Below, piece by piece: positions 9,776 through 19,310 of a stretch of DNA of 64,000 nt; position 1 is the first letter of the stretch; each line of letters begins with the position of its first letter. Below the pieces are notes generated by a model. It was not told where the DNA came from and did no database searches. It saw nothing but the letters and a program-made list of their open reading frames with translations. Position numbers and translations under genes: made by a program. The stretch is from Candidatus Levybacteria bacterium RIFCSPHIGHO2_01_FULL_36_15b (GTDB lineage Bacteria > Patescibacteriota > Microgenomatia > Levybacterales > UBA12049): assembly GCA_001782045.1 (NCBI GenBank), contig MFNK01000003.1:269049-333048 (forward strand). Direction: 5' to 3'.

Positions 9776-10435
9776 ATGAAAATTCTGGTTTTTGGAGGGG
9801 GAAGCGATCTTGCACAACAAATATATACCATGCAGAGGAACACTATCCTTGTGGAGCATGATGCCTGCGATATAAGTAGACCCAAGTCTGTGAAGAAGTT
9901 TATTCAAGCTCATAAGCCTGAAGTAGTAATAAATTGTGCTGGTTTGGTACAATCAGGATTAGTCAAGCAGCAAGATTTCGAGGATTGGAAAAATCAAGTT
10001 TTCACTAATTTAATTGGTAGTTTTAACATAGCTCAAGCAGCCACTAATAATGACGTAAAAACAATTATTTTAGTTGGCTCAGTTACGGGCTTATATGGAA
10101 AACCCAAATACAGCGCCTACTCAGCTGCAAAAGCCGGTGTCATTTCACTTGTCCAGTCTCTAGGTATGGAAGGAATTAACGCATATTGTGTCTCACCTGC
10201 TCGCATAGATACAAAGATGCGAAATAAAGAATTTCCCAACGAAGACAAGAGAAGCAGACTAACAACTCACGATGTGGCTAAGGTTATATTTGACTGCATT
10301 AATGGTAAATATAGGGCCGGAGATAATGTAATTATACTAAAACGGAAGTTCAGAAAGATTACCAGGGTTGACAGTGGACAGCCTTGGAAAGAATACCTAA
10401 ACATTAAACCTTACGAAACAGCTAAAACAATATAA
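9776..10435 (+). CDS. Short-chain dehydrogenase/reductase (SDR), probable sugar-nucleotide ketoreductase
   Basis: MKILVFGGGSDLAQQI (Rossmann), YSAYSAAKAG (YxxxK). Confidence 0.7.
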   Translation: MKILVFGGGSDLAQQIYTMQRNTILVEHDACDISRPKSVKKFIQAHKPEVVINCAGLVQSGLVKQQDFEDWKNQVFTNLIGSFNIAQAATNNDVKTIILVGSVTGLYGKPKYSAYSAAKAGVISLVQSLGMEGINAYCVSPARIDTKMRNKEFPNEDKRSRLTTHDVAKVIFDCINGKYRAGDNVIILKRKFRKITRVDSGQPWKEYLNIKPYETAKTI

Positions 10436-10483
10436 TATTTGAGAAATTTCTTAAAAAGAAATATAATCAAACCTTAATTCCTT

Positions 10484-11710
10484 ATGTTGGCAAAAAAATG
10501 CATTGTCTGCAGTAAATCAAATTTAACAAGAGTGATTGAGCTAGGTTTTCATCCATTAGCTGACACTTTCCTCAAAAAAGAACAACTATTGACTCCCCTA
10601 AGTACGTATCCACTCAACTGCTTACTCTGCAAAAACTGTGGACATTTACAGAATGAATACTTTACCTCAAGAGAAGAAAGATATATAGAAAGTAATTATA
10701 GCTATACATCTTTCAATTCAGAAACGGCAATAAAACATTGGATTGAGTTTTTCAATAATGTAAGTAAATATACTAACTTAAGCACTTCCGATCACGTAAT
10801 AGAATTCGGCTCAAACGACGGACATTTGCTTTCACATTTCAAAAAGAAAGGCGTTAAGGTGACTGGCATTGACCCTTCCCCCATTATGACCAGCCAGGCA
10901 AGAAAAATAGGCGTTGACTCAATAGCGGGGTTTGTAGGAAAAGATACAATCTCAACTGCTATAAAAATTAAAGGTAAAGCAAAAATAATCATGGGAAATA
11001 ACGTTCTGAATCATATTGAAAATTTAAAATCAGCCATGGACGGAGTAGTACAAGGCCTAAAGAAAGATGGCTATTTTGTTTTTGAAGTACCATCTTTAAA
11101 AGATACTTTAGAAAAATACTTGTTTGATATGATATTTCATGAGCATGTTTCTACGTTTAGCGTGCGCTCGGCAGATACGATGCTTAAAAGATACGGGCTT
11201 TACATTACGCATGTTGAGTACATAAACTACCATGGTGGCTCGCTAAGATTCATTTCTAGTCTAAATTCATCAGACTATAATTTCTCTCTTGTAAGTAAAT
11301 TTATTGAAGCGGAAGAGAAAGCAAAAATATTCAAACCAGAAACGTATACCAAGTTTATGGCAAAAATAGCTAAAGACCGGAATGATGTTTTGGCAAAGAT
11401 ATATAGCCTTAAGAAGCAGGGTAAAAAAATAGCCGCCGTTGGGGCTGGCGCAAGAAGTAATACGCTCCTAAACTTCTATAGACTCGATAAATATTCAGTC
11501 GAATTTGTTACAGACGCTTCAATGCATAAGATTGGAAAGTATACCCCCGGATCTTTTTTACTTATAAAAGATGACACTAGCCTTAAGAAAGAAAATATCG
11601 ACGTGGTTTTAATAACCGCTTGGAATATTGGTAAATATTTAACTCAGAAAATAAAGAATATAAATGATAAACTAGAAGTTATTGTCCCTGGAGAAAAAGA
11701 ACTATTGTGA
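10484..11710 (+). CDS. NDP-hexose C-methyltransferase-like (TylC3/NovU-type: Zn-ribbon + class I SAM MTase + C-methyltransferase C-terminal domain)
   Basis: N-terminal CIVCSKS...CKNCGHLQ zinc-ribbon-like Cys pairs and the SAM motif VIEFGSNDGHLL. Its 408-aa length is typical of sugar C3-methyltransferases. Confidence 0.65.
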   Translation: MLAKKCIVCSKSNLTRVIELGFHPLADTFLKKEQLLTPLSTYPLNCLLCKNCGHLQNEYFTSREERYIESNYSYTSFNSETAIKHWIEFFNNVSKYTNLSTSDHVIEFGSNDGHLLSHFKKKGVKVTGIDPSPIMTSQARKIGVDSIAGFVGKDTISTAIKIKGKAKIIMGNNVLNHIENLKSAMDGVVQGLKKDGYFVFEVPSLKDTLEKYLFDMIFHEHVSTFSVRSADTMLKRYGLYITHVEYINYHGGSLRFISSLNSSDYNFSLVSKFIEAEEKAKIFKPETYTKFMAKIAKDRNDVLAKIYSLKKQGKKIAAVGAGARSNTLLNFYRLDKYSVEFVTDASMHKIGKYTPGSFLLIKDDTSLKKENIDVVLITAWNIGKYLTQKIKNINDKLEVIVPGEKELL

Positions 11711-12141
11711 AGAAAACTAAAATTAAAATAGCTACGGAAGATGATCGAGGTAATATCTCTGATATTTTTTATAACCATCCGATTGATCACGTGGCAATTA
11801 TCCGTTCAAAGAAGGGAACATTCCGCGGAGACCACTATCATAAATTCACTACCCAGCATATATACATGGTGAAGGGGAGTCTAAGGTATTATTTTCGAAA
11901 AGTAGACGAAGATAATAGCAAGGTAAGAAGCACTATTATCCACGAGGGAGAACTAGTAACAACTGTCCCCAACGAAATACATGCTCTCGAAATGATTGAA
12001 GATAATCAATTCATAGCTTTTTCAGAAGGCAAGAGAGGCGGAGATGATTATGAATCAGATACTTTTCGGGTCTCTCCATCTATAATGAAAAACTACAGAA
12101 AAATTCACCCTACTGGCTCTGCAGGAAGACCTAAAAAATAG
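11707..12141 (+). CDS. FdtA/QdtA-like cupin (NDP-4-keto-6-deoxyhexose 3,4-ketoisomerase-like)
   Basis: 144 aa with the R-G-x-H-x-H motif (FRGDHYHKF) of FdtA-type isomerases. Confidence 0.6.
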   Translation: MKKTKIKIATEDDRGNISDIFYNHPIDHVAIIRSKKGTFRGDHYHKFTTQHIYMVKGSLRYYFRKVDEDNSKVRSTIIHEGELVTTVPNEIHALEMIEDNQFIAFSEGKRGGDDYESDTFRVSPSIMKNYRKIHPTGSAGRPKK

Positions 12142-12164
12142 ATAGAGACTATTTTCTGAAAAAC

Positions 12165-13292
12165 CTATCCCCTTTCCAGAAATTTAAACTTTCCTTGGTA
12201 ATAATTCTCATAATAAAAATGCCGATTGAACCTCTTTACGCCTTTAATGTAGCCTAGATAATTCATCTTAATATTTTTTACGGCATTAGTTAGAGAAGGT
12301 TGAGTCCTTTCAACTATTTCTCCTGCTTTATATTCTTGGATATAAGAAGCGATGCTTGGTATATTAGACATGATAACTGGCAAGCCTAGTTCCAAATACG
12401 TCTTGACTTTACCTGGATCAGTGTAATAAGTAACGTTTGAAGGATTATCCTCATAGAGTGCTATTCCTATCTGACACTGTCTAGATATATCAATTAACTC
12501 ATCTTCTGAAAAAAATCTATTTGGAAAGTATACCCGATCCTCTATCTTAAGTTTTTTTATTACTGTCATATATTTTGAAAATAAATTTTTCTCACATACT
12601 CCAATTATCTTTAATTTATATTCTCTGTTGTCTTTTAAGAAATCAAAAAATAATTCAAGACCCTGAGACGGCTTTATTAATCCTATAAATAGAATATTAA
12701 GTCCTTCCCTTTTTAAAGTTCGCTTAATTTCTTTTGGGTTAACCCCCAACATAACCGTCTTACGATTCATATTGCTTAAAACCTGTCCATTTAGAATTTT
12801 ATTAATCATATTACTTGCATAACAGGAATATGACACCCTGTCGTGATAAAATTTTTTTAGCCTCTCGAATAAAAGAATGAATATATTATTTCCCGGAAAA
12901 TAATCCCCTACCCAATAAACGAAATCAATATTTCTCCAAAAATTTTGCATTGTGGTTCCAAAAAAAAATACCGGATGAAAAACCACTGCAAAAAAACGTT
13001 CTTTTCTGGTATAGTATTTCCTTAGTGCTTTAAGATATTCGAGATACCATACTAAATAGTATAAAAAAACATTTTGAGATAAAATGAATGGCTTTTCTTC
13101 AATAAGTTCTCCGTATTTGTATAGCCTTACTGTATTATCTTTATTTTTTACTCTTGGCATTACGATAAATACGACAAGTTTCTCTGTGTGTGCGATAAAA
13201 TACTCAAGCGTGTTGCCTATGAATTGATGACTAGATTGAAGGAAAATATTTTTGTATCTAAAAATTGGTTTATCTTTTTTATTATCCGGCAT
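12165..13292 (-). CDS. GT-B fold glycosyltransferase (GT4/GT1-like)
   Basis: C-terminal ...DISRQCQIGIALYEDNPSNVTYYTDPGKVKTYLELGLPVIMSN... resembles the donor-binding domain of family 1/4 glycosyltransferases. Confidence 0.6.
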   Translation of the reverse strand: MPDNKKDKPIFRYKNIFLQSSHQFIGNTLEYFIAHTEKLVVFIVMPRVKNKDNTVRLYKYGELIEEKPFILSQNVFLYYLVWYLEYLKALRKYYTRKERFFAVVFHPVFFFGTTMQNFWRNIDFVYWVGDYFPGNNIFILLFERLKKFYHDRVSYSCYASNMINKILNGQVLSNMNRKTVMLGVNPKEIKRTLKREGLNILFIGLIKPSQGLELFFDFLKDNREYKLKIIGVCEKNLFSKYMTVIKKLKIEDRVYFPNRFFSEDELIDISRQCQIGIALYEDNPSNVTYYTDPGKVKTYLELGLPVIMSNIPSIASYIQEYKAGEIVERTQPSLTNAVKNIKMNYLGYIKGVKRFNRHFYYENYYQGKFKFLERG

Positions 13293-13297
13293 AAAAT

Positions 13298-13996
13298 TTA
13301 AGTATTTACTTTCTTATATTTAATAAAAATCCCCATAAAACCCTTTTTATTTGAATCATACTCCAATATTTCTTTATTAATTAAATTTCTACTAAAGAAT
13401 GGTCCCCTTCTGAATAACCATTTAGATGTATACAGATTTAAAAGACTTATTAACGTCCATATACCACCTTTTACAAATACCTCTTCTACTTGAAAATTGC
13501 TCTTCATTCCCAAATTTATAAGCTTCTCTGAGGTATAGTGCCTATGGCCAATTAACCACCAAGCGGGGTCTAAATACTTAGATAAAATTGAATCGTAGGG
13601 AGTAGACAAATAAAACTTCCCATTCTTTTTCAAAACGCGATTTACTTCTCTGAACATTCTATTTTCTGAATTATTTGGAATGTGCTCTATTACTTCCCAA
13701 GCAACAACAGTATCAAAATATTTATCTTTAAATGGTAGTTTTAATGCTCCACCGATTTTAAAAATTGCTCTATTATCTTTAATTGTTTTAGCAGCTTTTA
13801 AATCTTTTTTTGTTATCTCTATTCCGGTTATTTCCTTTACTCCTCTATTTAATGCATTCAACTCAAACCAACCAAAGCCACAACCTATGTCTAACACTTT
13901 TTTGTTCTGTATATCCGAATCATTAACAAAATTTATACTTTGCCTCAGTCTGGCATTTAATTCTAACACCGGCTTTTCATTCAAAATATTTTTCAT
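13298..13996 (-). CDS. Class I SAM-dependent methyltransferase
   Basis: VLDIGCGFGWF (motif I), ...KKNGKFYLSTP (motif post-II). Confidence 0.75.
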   Translation of the reverse strand: MKNILNEKPVLELNARLRQSINFVNDSDIQNKKVLDIGCGFGWFELNALNRGVKEITGIEITKKDLKAAKTIKDNRAIFKIGGALKLPFKDKYFDTVVAWEVIEHIPNNSENRMFREVNRVLKKNGKFYLSTPYDSILSKYLDPAWWLIGHRHYTSEKLINLGMKSNFQVEEVFVKGGIWTLISLLNLYTSKWLFRRGPFFSRNLINKEILEYDSNKKGFMGIFIKYKKVNT

Positions 13997-14826
13997 TTTC
14001 TTAGAATATAACCTATACCACCTACTGCAAATTCACACGTTTTCATAAATAACATTCCGATTCCGAGAAGTGGATTTGAGAATAGTTTACTGGGATTGGA
14101 GAAAAATAACTCATATCTTTTAATCAAACTCAGTTGTTGTTTTGTTTTTAAATTGTTTATTTTTTTAGAGGAATAACTATTTAACTGTTTAGAGTAATAC
14201 ATTTTCTTACTTAAAAGAGTCCCAAGAGATAGATTTCCTTCATTATGATTTATATAGCTTTTTATCCTTCCCAGTTGGTATTTTTTTTCAACTCTCTGGC
14301 TTAAATCCCAATCTTCTCCGCTAACCAAGCTGTCATCATATCCACCAGATTCGTTAAAAACATTTTTTGGGAAAAACCTAGCTGCCTCTAGCCAACCCAC
14401 CCCTTCATAGAAACTTCGCTCCAGAGCCTTGCATTGTGCCCAAAAACCTTTTCCAAAAGATTTTTCAGGAATAATTATACCTCCAATTTTTCGATCTGCA
14501 TTTTTTATTCTTTGTTCTTTGATGATTTTTACACAATCCTGTGCAACCCTTGGTGTTAATTCCATATCGCTATCTATGAAAAGTAGATGTTCGCCTTTTG
14601 CCTTTGATGCACCGAAGTTTCTCTGTACGCTTCTTTCCGGACCTTTATTAAAAACTAGTTTTGTGTACTTCTTTGCAATTTCTTTCGTTTTATCAGTAGA
14701 ATAATTATCAACAACTATTATTTCAATATTGTCATATGTCTGGTTCTTTATACTTTTAATACAAGCATCCAAAAAAACAGCAGAATTTTTTGTTGGAACA
14801 ATAATAGATAGTAAAGGATTTATCAT
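13993..14826 (-). CDS. Glycosyltransferase family 2
   Basis: LLSIIVPTKNSAVFLDACIKSIKNQTYDNIEIIVVDNYSTDKT and a FIDSDME acidic motif. The start overlaps the upstream stop by 1 nt (TAATG). Confidence 0.8.
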   Translation of the reverse strand: MINPLLSIIVPTKNSAVFLDACIKSIKNQTYDNIEIIVVDNYSTDKTKEIAKKYTKLVFNKGPERSVQRNFGASKAKGEHLLFIDSDMELTPRVAQDCVKIIKEQRIKNADRKIGGIIIPEKSFGKGFWAQCKALERSFYEGVGWLEAARFFPKNVFNESGGYDDSLVSGEDWDLSQRVEKKYQLGRIKSYINHNEGNLSLGTLLSKKMYYSKQLNSYSSKKINNLKTKQQLSLIKRYELFFSNPSKLFSNPLLGIGMLFMKTCEFAVGGIGYILRK

Positions 14827-17048
14827 TATTTTCCTATTATTTTAAATTTTAATCGCTTTGCACGAAATACTATTTTCAAAATATAGACAATCAGATAAAT
14901 AAACACTCCTATAAAAGTCGCCAGGGATATATACGTTCCAATATTTACTAGGTCTTGAGGTATATAGTAAAGTCTTAGATTAAAGTTTATACTTCCATCT
15001 GTATTTTTAGTGTAAGATTCTGTACTGTAATTTTTTATAATGTCTGTGGGGTTGATATAAAAAACATTAAATTGCATGTCTGTTTGCAAATGATCTTTGT
15101 CAGAGAGTTGATGCTTGCCTTCTAATTCCAAAGCCCAATCTTTCGCATAGGTATTATTAAAATTAAGGTACAGCGGTTTGTTTATATTTTTTATTTCTAT
15201 TGTGTATTCTGCAGCATTTATATACTTATAATCTACAACTTTATATGGAACTTTTTTATAAACAGTTTCCATTTCTTCTGTAATGTATATAAGAGGTTTA
15301 TAATTAAAATTTTCATATGCTACCATATCTTTTGTCCCAATATCTATTCTTTTAATAAAGTTTAAATTATCAAAAAAGTTAATAATAAAAGGACGATCGT
15401 TTATGCTTGTACCCAGAAACATATCGTCATCAGGAGTATCTTTATATTGTGGTGGGATAACAATATATTTCGTGCTAGTTATATCTAAAAAATTGTCGGA
15501 AAAACTTTGATTTAGTACTTCAAAATTCCAGGGTAGATCGGGAGCTACTTTAGTGGTGTTATATACATGTTCCTTATATTTAGGATTTTTTTTGAATTCC
15601 AAATACCACGCATAAGCATCGTAGTATATTACATAGCGTGGATGAAGATTGTCAAAATAGCTCCACTTGCTAAGCGCAGGAAACCATAATGTTCTAGAAA
15701 ATTGAGTATCATTTTCTAAGATCTCTGCCAAAATTTTGTAATCAGCTGGAAGACTGATGGTATTAAATAATCTCCCGATTTCTCCAGTGAAAAGAGGTTT
15801 TGCATTCCAAATAAAAACACTTGCTATTACAACAAGAATTAAATAACGAGCATAGAAGAAGTAGTTTCTACTTACTTTGATCTGCATTAGTGATTTTACA
15901 AAAGCTCCAATCAATACGCTATAACCAAGCGCTACTAGCATATAGAATTTGCTTGCCTCTCTATACGCATTAAAACCCGGAAAATGATTGTAAAGCCAAA
16001 GATATAAATGTGGAAAGGGGTTGTCCTCCTGTTTTGCCAGTAAAATTCCCAATGCCGCTATGAAAGCAAAAAACCAGACTTTTTTATTTCTATAGTTAAA
16101 TATCAGTCCGAGTGCTGCTATATTTGGTATTAACCAAAAATAGAATGGGATTTGTTGTACGGTAAATACCTTTAGGGATTCCCCTGTCCAGTAAGGATGA
16201 AAGAGCGTTACAGCATGCGAAAGATAGAAAAAATGACTTCCAAATAACGCACGGTCGAATGCCACATTATGGAATAAAGTATCAGAAAGATAAAAAGGCA
16301 TTATCCAGAAGGAGTTCAAAAGAAACATGACTACAAAAGGGATGATTCCAAACATCAAAGTAGAAAAAATTCGTTTAAAGTTACGGTTTTTTATATTTGA
16401 AAAAACCTTATAAACAACATAAAAGAGCATTATCCACAGTACTATATATAGTATTCTGAAATCGTAGGAACCTGCTATAAAGCCCACTAAGCCCACAATT
16501 AGGCTTAAAATCAATTTCTTATTATCGATGCTCTTTATGAATAAATAGAGGATTAAAGGGGTGAATCCATAAGCTACGGCCCATTGAGCTGTGCCTGTCT
16601 GTAAAACAAGTGCAGGCACATTATAACCATATACTAATGCACCAACAATAGCGGCAGTCTTATTTTTCAATAGATATGATATGAGCATAAAACTTCCAAT
16701 GAGAGACAGTATCGCCATGGGAACGAGATATACTAACTTAGAAGCAATTATTGTACTTTGGAAAAAAGTACAGAGACTACCATACATTAAACTGAGAGAT
16801 GGGTACATCGAAAGAACGAAGTTTATCCTACCAAAGCCGGAACCACTTGTGTCTAAGGTCCAAGCGCTAGGAGATGAATAGATATCTCTACAAGTATTAA
16901 TAAACCAACTGAATTGGGAGGTATCCCCGGAGGAAAAAATTTCATTCATGAAAATCCACCTCCAGTGTGTAATTAACGCTATAAGGACAAGAATCATTAC
17001 TGGATAATATTTTTTTATTATATGCACCATATAGATTACGATGTTCAA
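14826..17048 (-). CDS. Family A polytopic membrane protein (740 aa), paralog of 2813-4993
   Basis: Same architecture and shared segments (FNAYREASKFY, IDIGTKDMVAYENFNYKPLIYITEE, PLYLNFNNTY...). Confidence 0.8.
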   Translation of the reverse strand: MNIVIYMVHIIKKYYPVMILVLIALITHWRWIFMNEIFSSGDTSQFSWFINTCRDIYSSPSAWTLDTSGSGFGRINFVLSMYPSLSLMYGSLCTFFQSTIIASKLVYLVPMAILSLIGSFMLISYLLKNKTAAIVGALVYGYNVPALVLQTGTAQWAVAYGFTPLILYLFIKSIDNKKLILSLIVGLVGFIAGSYDFRILYIVLWIMLFYVVYKVFSNIKNRNFKRIFSTLMFGIIPFVVMFLLNSFWIMPFYLSDTLFHNVAFDRALFGSHFFYLSHAVTLFHPYWTGESLKVFTVQQIPFYFWLIPNIAALGLIFNYRNKKVWFFAFIAALGILLAKQEDNPFPHLYLWLYNHFPGFNAYREASKFYMLVALGYSVLIGAFVKSLMQIKVSRNYFFYARYLILVVIASVFIWNAKPLFTGEIGRLFNTISLPADYKILAEILENDTQFSRTLWFPALSKWSYFDNLHPRYVIYYDAYAWYLEFKKNPKYKEHVYNTTKVAPDLPWNFEVLNQSFSDNFLDITSTKYIVIPPQYKDTPDDDMFLGTSINDRPFIINFFDNLNFIKRIDIGTKDMVAYENFNYKPLIYITEEMETVYKKVPYKVVDYKYINAAEYTIEIKNINKPLYLNFNNTYAKDWALELEGKHQLSDKDHLQTDMQFNVFYINPTDIIKNYSTESYTKNTDGSINFNLRLYYIPQDLVNIGTYISLATFIGVFIYLIVYILKIVFRAKRLKFKIIGK

Positions 17049-17210
17049 TTAATCATTTTATATTAAAATAGTCAATAACACGATAAGGCATCAATTACCT
17101 TTATTAGGTTAATCATTAGTATACTAAAGAAAAAAGGATTTATCTTGGGCTAAAGGCTCATTTTATATTTACTGTACACAATGGAAAAATATCAACTACT
17201 CCAATTCTTA

Positions 17211-17239
17211 TTGACTTGCCAAGTTAAGCTCAATATAAT
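17211..17239 (+). promoter_or_regulatory. Sigma-70-type promoter, TTGACT-N17-TATAAT, upstream of the fcl operon
   Basis: TTGACT at 17211-17216, a 17-nt spacer and TATAAT at 17234-17239, about 25 nt upstream of the ATG at 17265. It lies in the largest intergenic region of the window (17049-17264). Confidence 0.5.
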
Positions 17240-17264
17240 TTAGTGAGCAAAAAGGTATAATTTT

Positions 17265-18194
17265 ATGAAAATATTAGTTGCTGGCGGAACCGGATTCCTG
17301 GGACTCCACGTTGTAAATAGATTAAAGAAGGAGAATTTACCCTTTATAACTGCTTCTCTTTCTCAAGGTATCGATTTTAGAAATTATAAGCAGACGGAAA
17401 AATTCTTTAAAGAAAATAAAATAGATACTGTGATATATTGCGCTGCTTTTGTGGGAGGAATTTCCTATGGCTATGAGAAACCGGCAGAGAGCTATTACAA
17501 CAATATCCTGATGGCTACGAATTTAATAGAACTCTCCAGAATATATAAAGTTAAAAGGTTTATAAATCCTATCTCAAATTGCTCGTATCCAGGACACCTA
17601 ACGAAAAAACTCAAGGAAGAGTTATGGTGGGATGGACCACTTCATGAGTCTGTACTGGCCTACGGAATTGCTAGAAAAGCAAGTTGGGTACAGACTTGGG
17701 CATATAACAAGCAATATGGTATGGATTTTATTAATCTGATACTACCCAATATGTATGGACCTTCGGATCACTTCGACGAAAAAAAGTCTCATGTAATAGG
17801 TGCACTAATAATGAAGATGTGTGACGCAAAGGCAGAAGGTAGGAAAGATGTAATTGTCTGGGGTAGCGGAAAACCGATCCGAGAGTGGTTATACGTAAAA
17901 GACGCTGTGACGGTTATCTTAAAATCTATATCAATAACCCCAACTATAGAGCCAATAAATATTGGGATAGGCGAAGGTATTTCTGTAAGAGCACTCGCCG
18001 AATTAATTAAAGATATTGTGGGCTATAAAGGGAAGCTAGTTTACGATCCTACTAAGCCAGATGGGGCGCCCTATAAAATAATGGACAACAAAAGGATGAT
18101 TAAGCATTTTATGGGCTGGATTCCGCCCACTAAATTGAGAGATGGGATAGAAGAAACTGTTGAATGGTATTTGAATAATAAAAAGAAAGCATGA
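17265..18194 (+). CDS. fcl: GDP-L-fucose synthase (GDP-4-keto-6-deoxy-D-mannose 3,5-epimerase/4-reductase)
   Basis: MKILVAGGTGFLG, NMYGPSDHF, SHVIGALI, VIVWGSGKPIREWLYVKD and KPDGAPYKIMD all align with E. coli Fcl. Confidence 0.85.
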   Translation: MKILVAGGTGFLGLHVVNRLKKENLPFITASLSQGIDFRNYKQTEKFFKENKIDTVIYCAAFVGGISYGYEKPAESYYNNILMATNLIELSRIYKVKRFINPISNCSYPGHLTKKLKEELWWDGPLHESVLAYGIARKASWVQTWAYNKQYGMDFINLILPNMYGPSDHFDEKKSHVIGALIMKMCDAKAEGRKDVIVWGSGKPIREWLYVKDAVTVILKSISITPTIEPINIGIGEGISVRALAELIKDIVGYKGKLVYDPTKPDGAPYKIMDNKRMIKHFMGWIPPTKLRDGIEETVEWYLNNKKKA

Positions 18195-18589
18195 ATATAA
18201 TTAAAGGTGGGAAATTGTTTGCAATCATTCATAAGAAAGAGGATTGGAAAGAAGAATTAAACTTTCTCACTCCAAATGACATGTTTTGTCAAGTTGGAAC
18301 ATGGTGGTATCAAAAGAATAAACATCTTAAGGCACATAAGCATATTTATAATCCTCGTAAAGCTTCAATGACTCAGGAATGTGTGATCGTTATTGTTGGC
18401 AAAATTAAAGCTACAATTTTCGATAACAATGATAAAATTATTCATACGGATATACTTACAGCAGGAGACTTACTTGTTTGCTTCGAGGGAGGCCACAGCT
18501 ACGACATTTTGGAAGATGATACAAAAGTTATTGAATGCAAGAATGGACCATTCGTTTCTGTGGAAAAAGATAAGGTAACAATTGAATGA
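18191..18589 (+). CDS. Small cupin-fold protein, paralog of 9381-9761 (WxcM/FdtA-like)
   Basis: 132 aa with KAHKHIY (H-x-H) and ...EGGHSYDILEDDTKVIECKNGPF. Translationally coupled (ATGA overlap) to fcl. Confidence 0.5.
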   Translation: MNIIKGGKLFAIIHKKEDWKEELNFLTPNDMFCQVGTWWYQKNKHLKAHKHIYNPRKASMTQECVIVIVGKIKATIFDNNDKIIHTDILTAGDLLVCFEGGHSYDILEDDTKVIECKNGPFVSVEKDKVTIE

Positions 18590-19308
18590 TTTCAAATATA
18601 GTTTTATTTTCAGATAGAGAAGATGTTAAGCACTGCATCGCTTATTTAAGAAAAAAGGGAGTGCCTATTCTATATATAGTTTCCAACAAATTAAAAGACA
18701 GCAATTATAATTTAGAGATTAGAAAGAATATTGTAGATAGAGATTATAAAAATTCAATCTTAATATCATATTACTACGGAAGTTTAATAGAGAAAAAAAT
18801 TTTTAATCGTTTTAAGGTAGCAATCAATTTCCACCCCGCACCCCTCCCTTTATATAGAGGAGTTAAATGCGGTGTTCATGCAATACTAAACGAAGAAAAA
18901 AAATTTGGTGTCTCTTGTCACATCATTACTGAAAGATTTGATGATGGTGAAATTTTGGGCAAACTAGAGTTTCCAATAGATGATATTGAAACAGGATATT
19001 CAATTAATATAAAAAGCAGAAAGAAACTATATGATTTATTTAAAAGATACATAAATAAATATATATTTGGGGAAAATGTAAATATGTATGAAATACTAGA
19101 TAATATTAGTTATAATTTATCATCTCCAACTTATTTTTCTGGAAAAGATTTTGAAAAACTAAAATGTTTGGATGGAATTAATCCTTATTCTGTTTATGCA
19201 AAAAAAATAATAAGAGCTATGTGGCATCCTAAGTACATGGACACTTATTATACAAATAAAAAAAAGGAGAAAATCTATCTTTCACATACACCAGCTGAGG
19301 TGAGCTAA
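18586..19308 (+). CDS. Formyltransferase-domain protein, probable sugar N-formyltransferase
   Basis: INFHPAPLPLYRG (the N-x-H...HPS/A-LP-x-YRG N10-formyl-THF motif of Fmt/PurN/ArnA), followed by an Asp (DDGEI) at the expected spacing. Confidence 0.65.
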   Translation: MISNIVLFSDREDVKHCIAYLRKKGVPILYIVSNKLKDSNYNLEIRKNIVDRDYKNSILISYYYGSLIEKKIFNRFKVAINFHPAPLPLYRGVKCGVHAILNEEKKFGVSCHIITERFDDGEILGKLEFPIDDIETGYSINIKSRKKLYDLFKRYINKYIFGENVNMYEILDNISYNLSSPTYFSGKDFEKLKCLDGINPYSVYAKKIIRAMWHPKYMDTYYTNKKKEKIYLSHTPAEVS

Positions 19309-19310
19309 AT

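Noticed and set aside
6556-16881. Short antisense or embedded ORFs 6556-6744, 8676-8873, 9758-9952, 10792-10992, 13680-14048, 14429-14704, 16681-16881
   Set aside because: Each is fully contained in a well-supported longer gene on the other strand or frame. They are typical AT-rich shadow ORFs.
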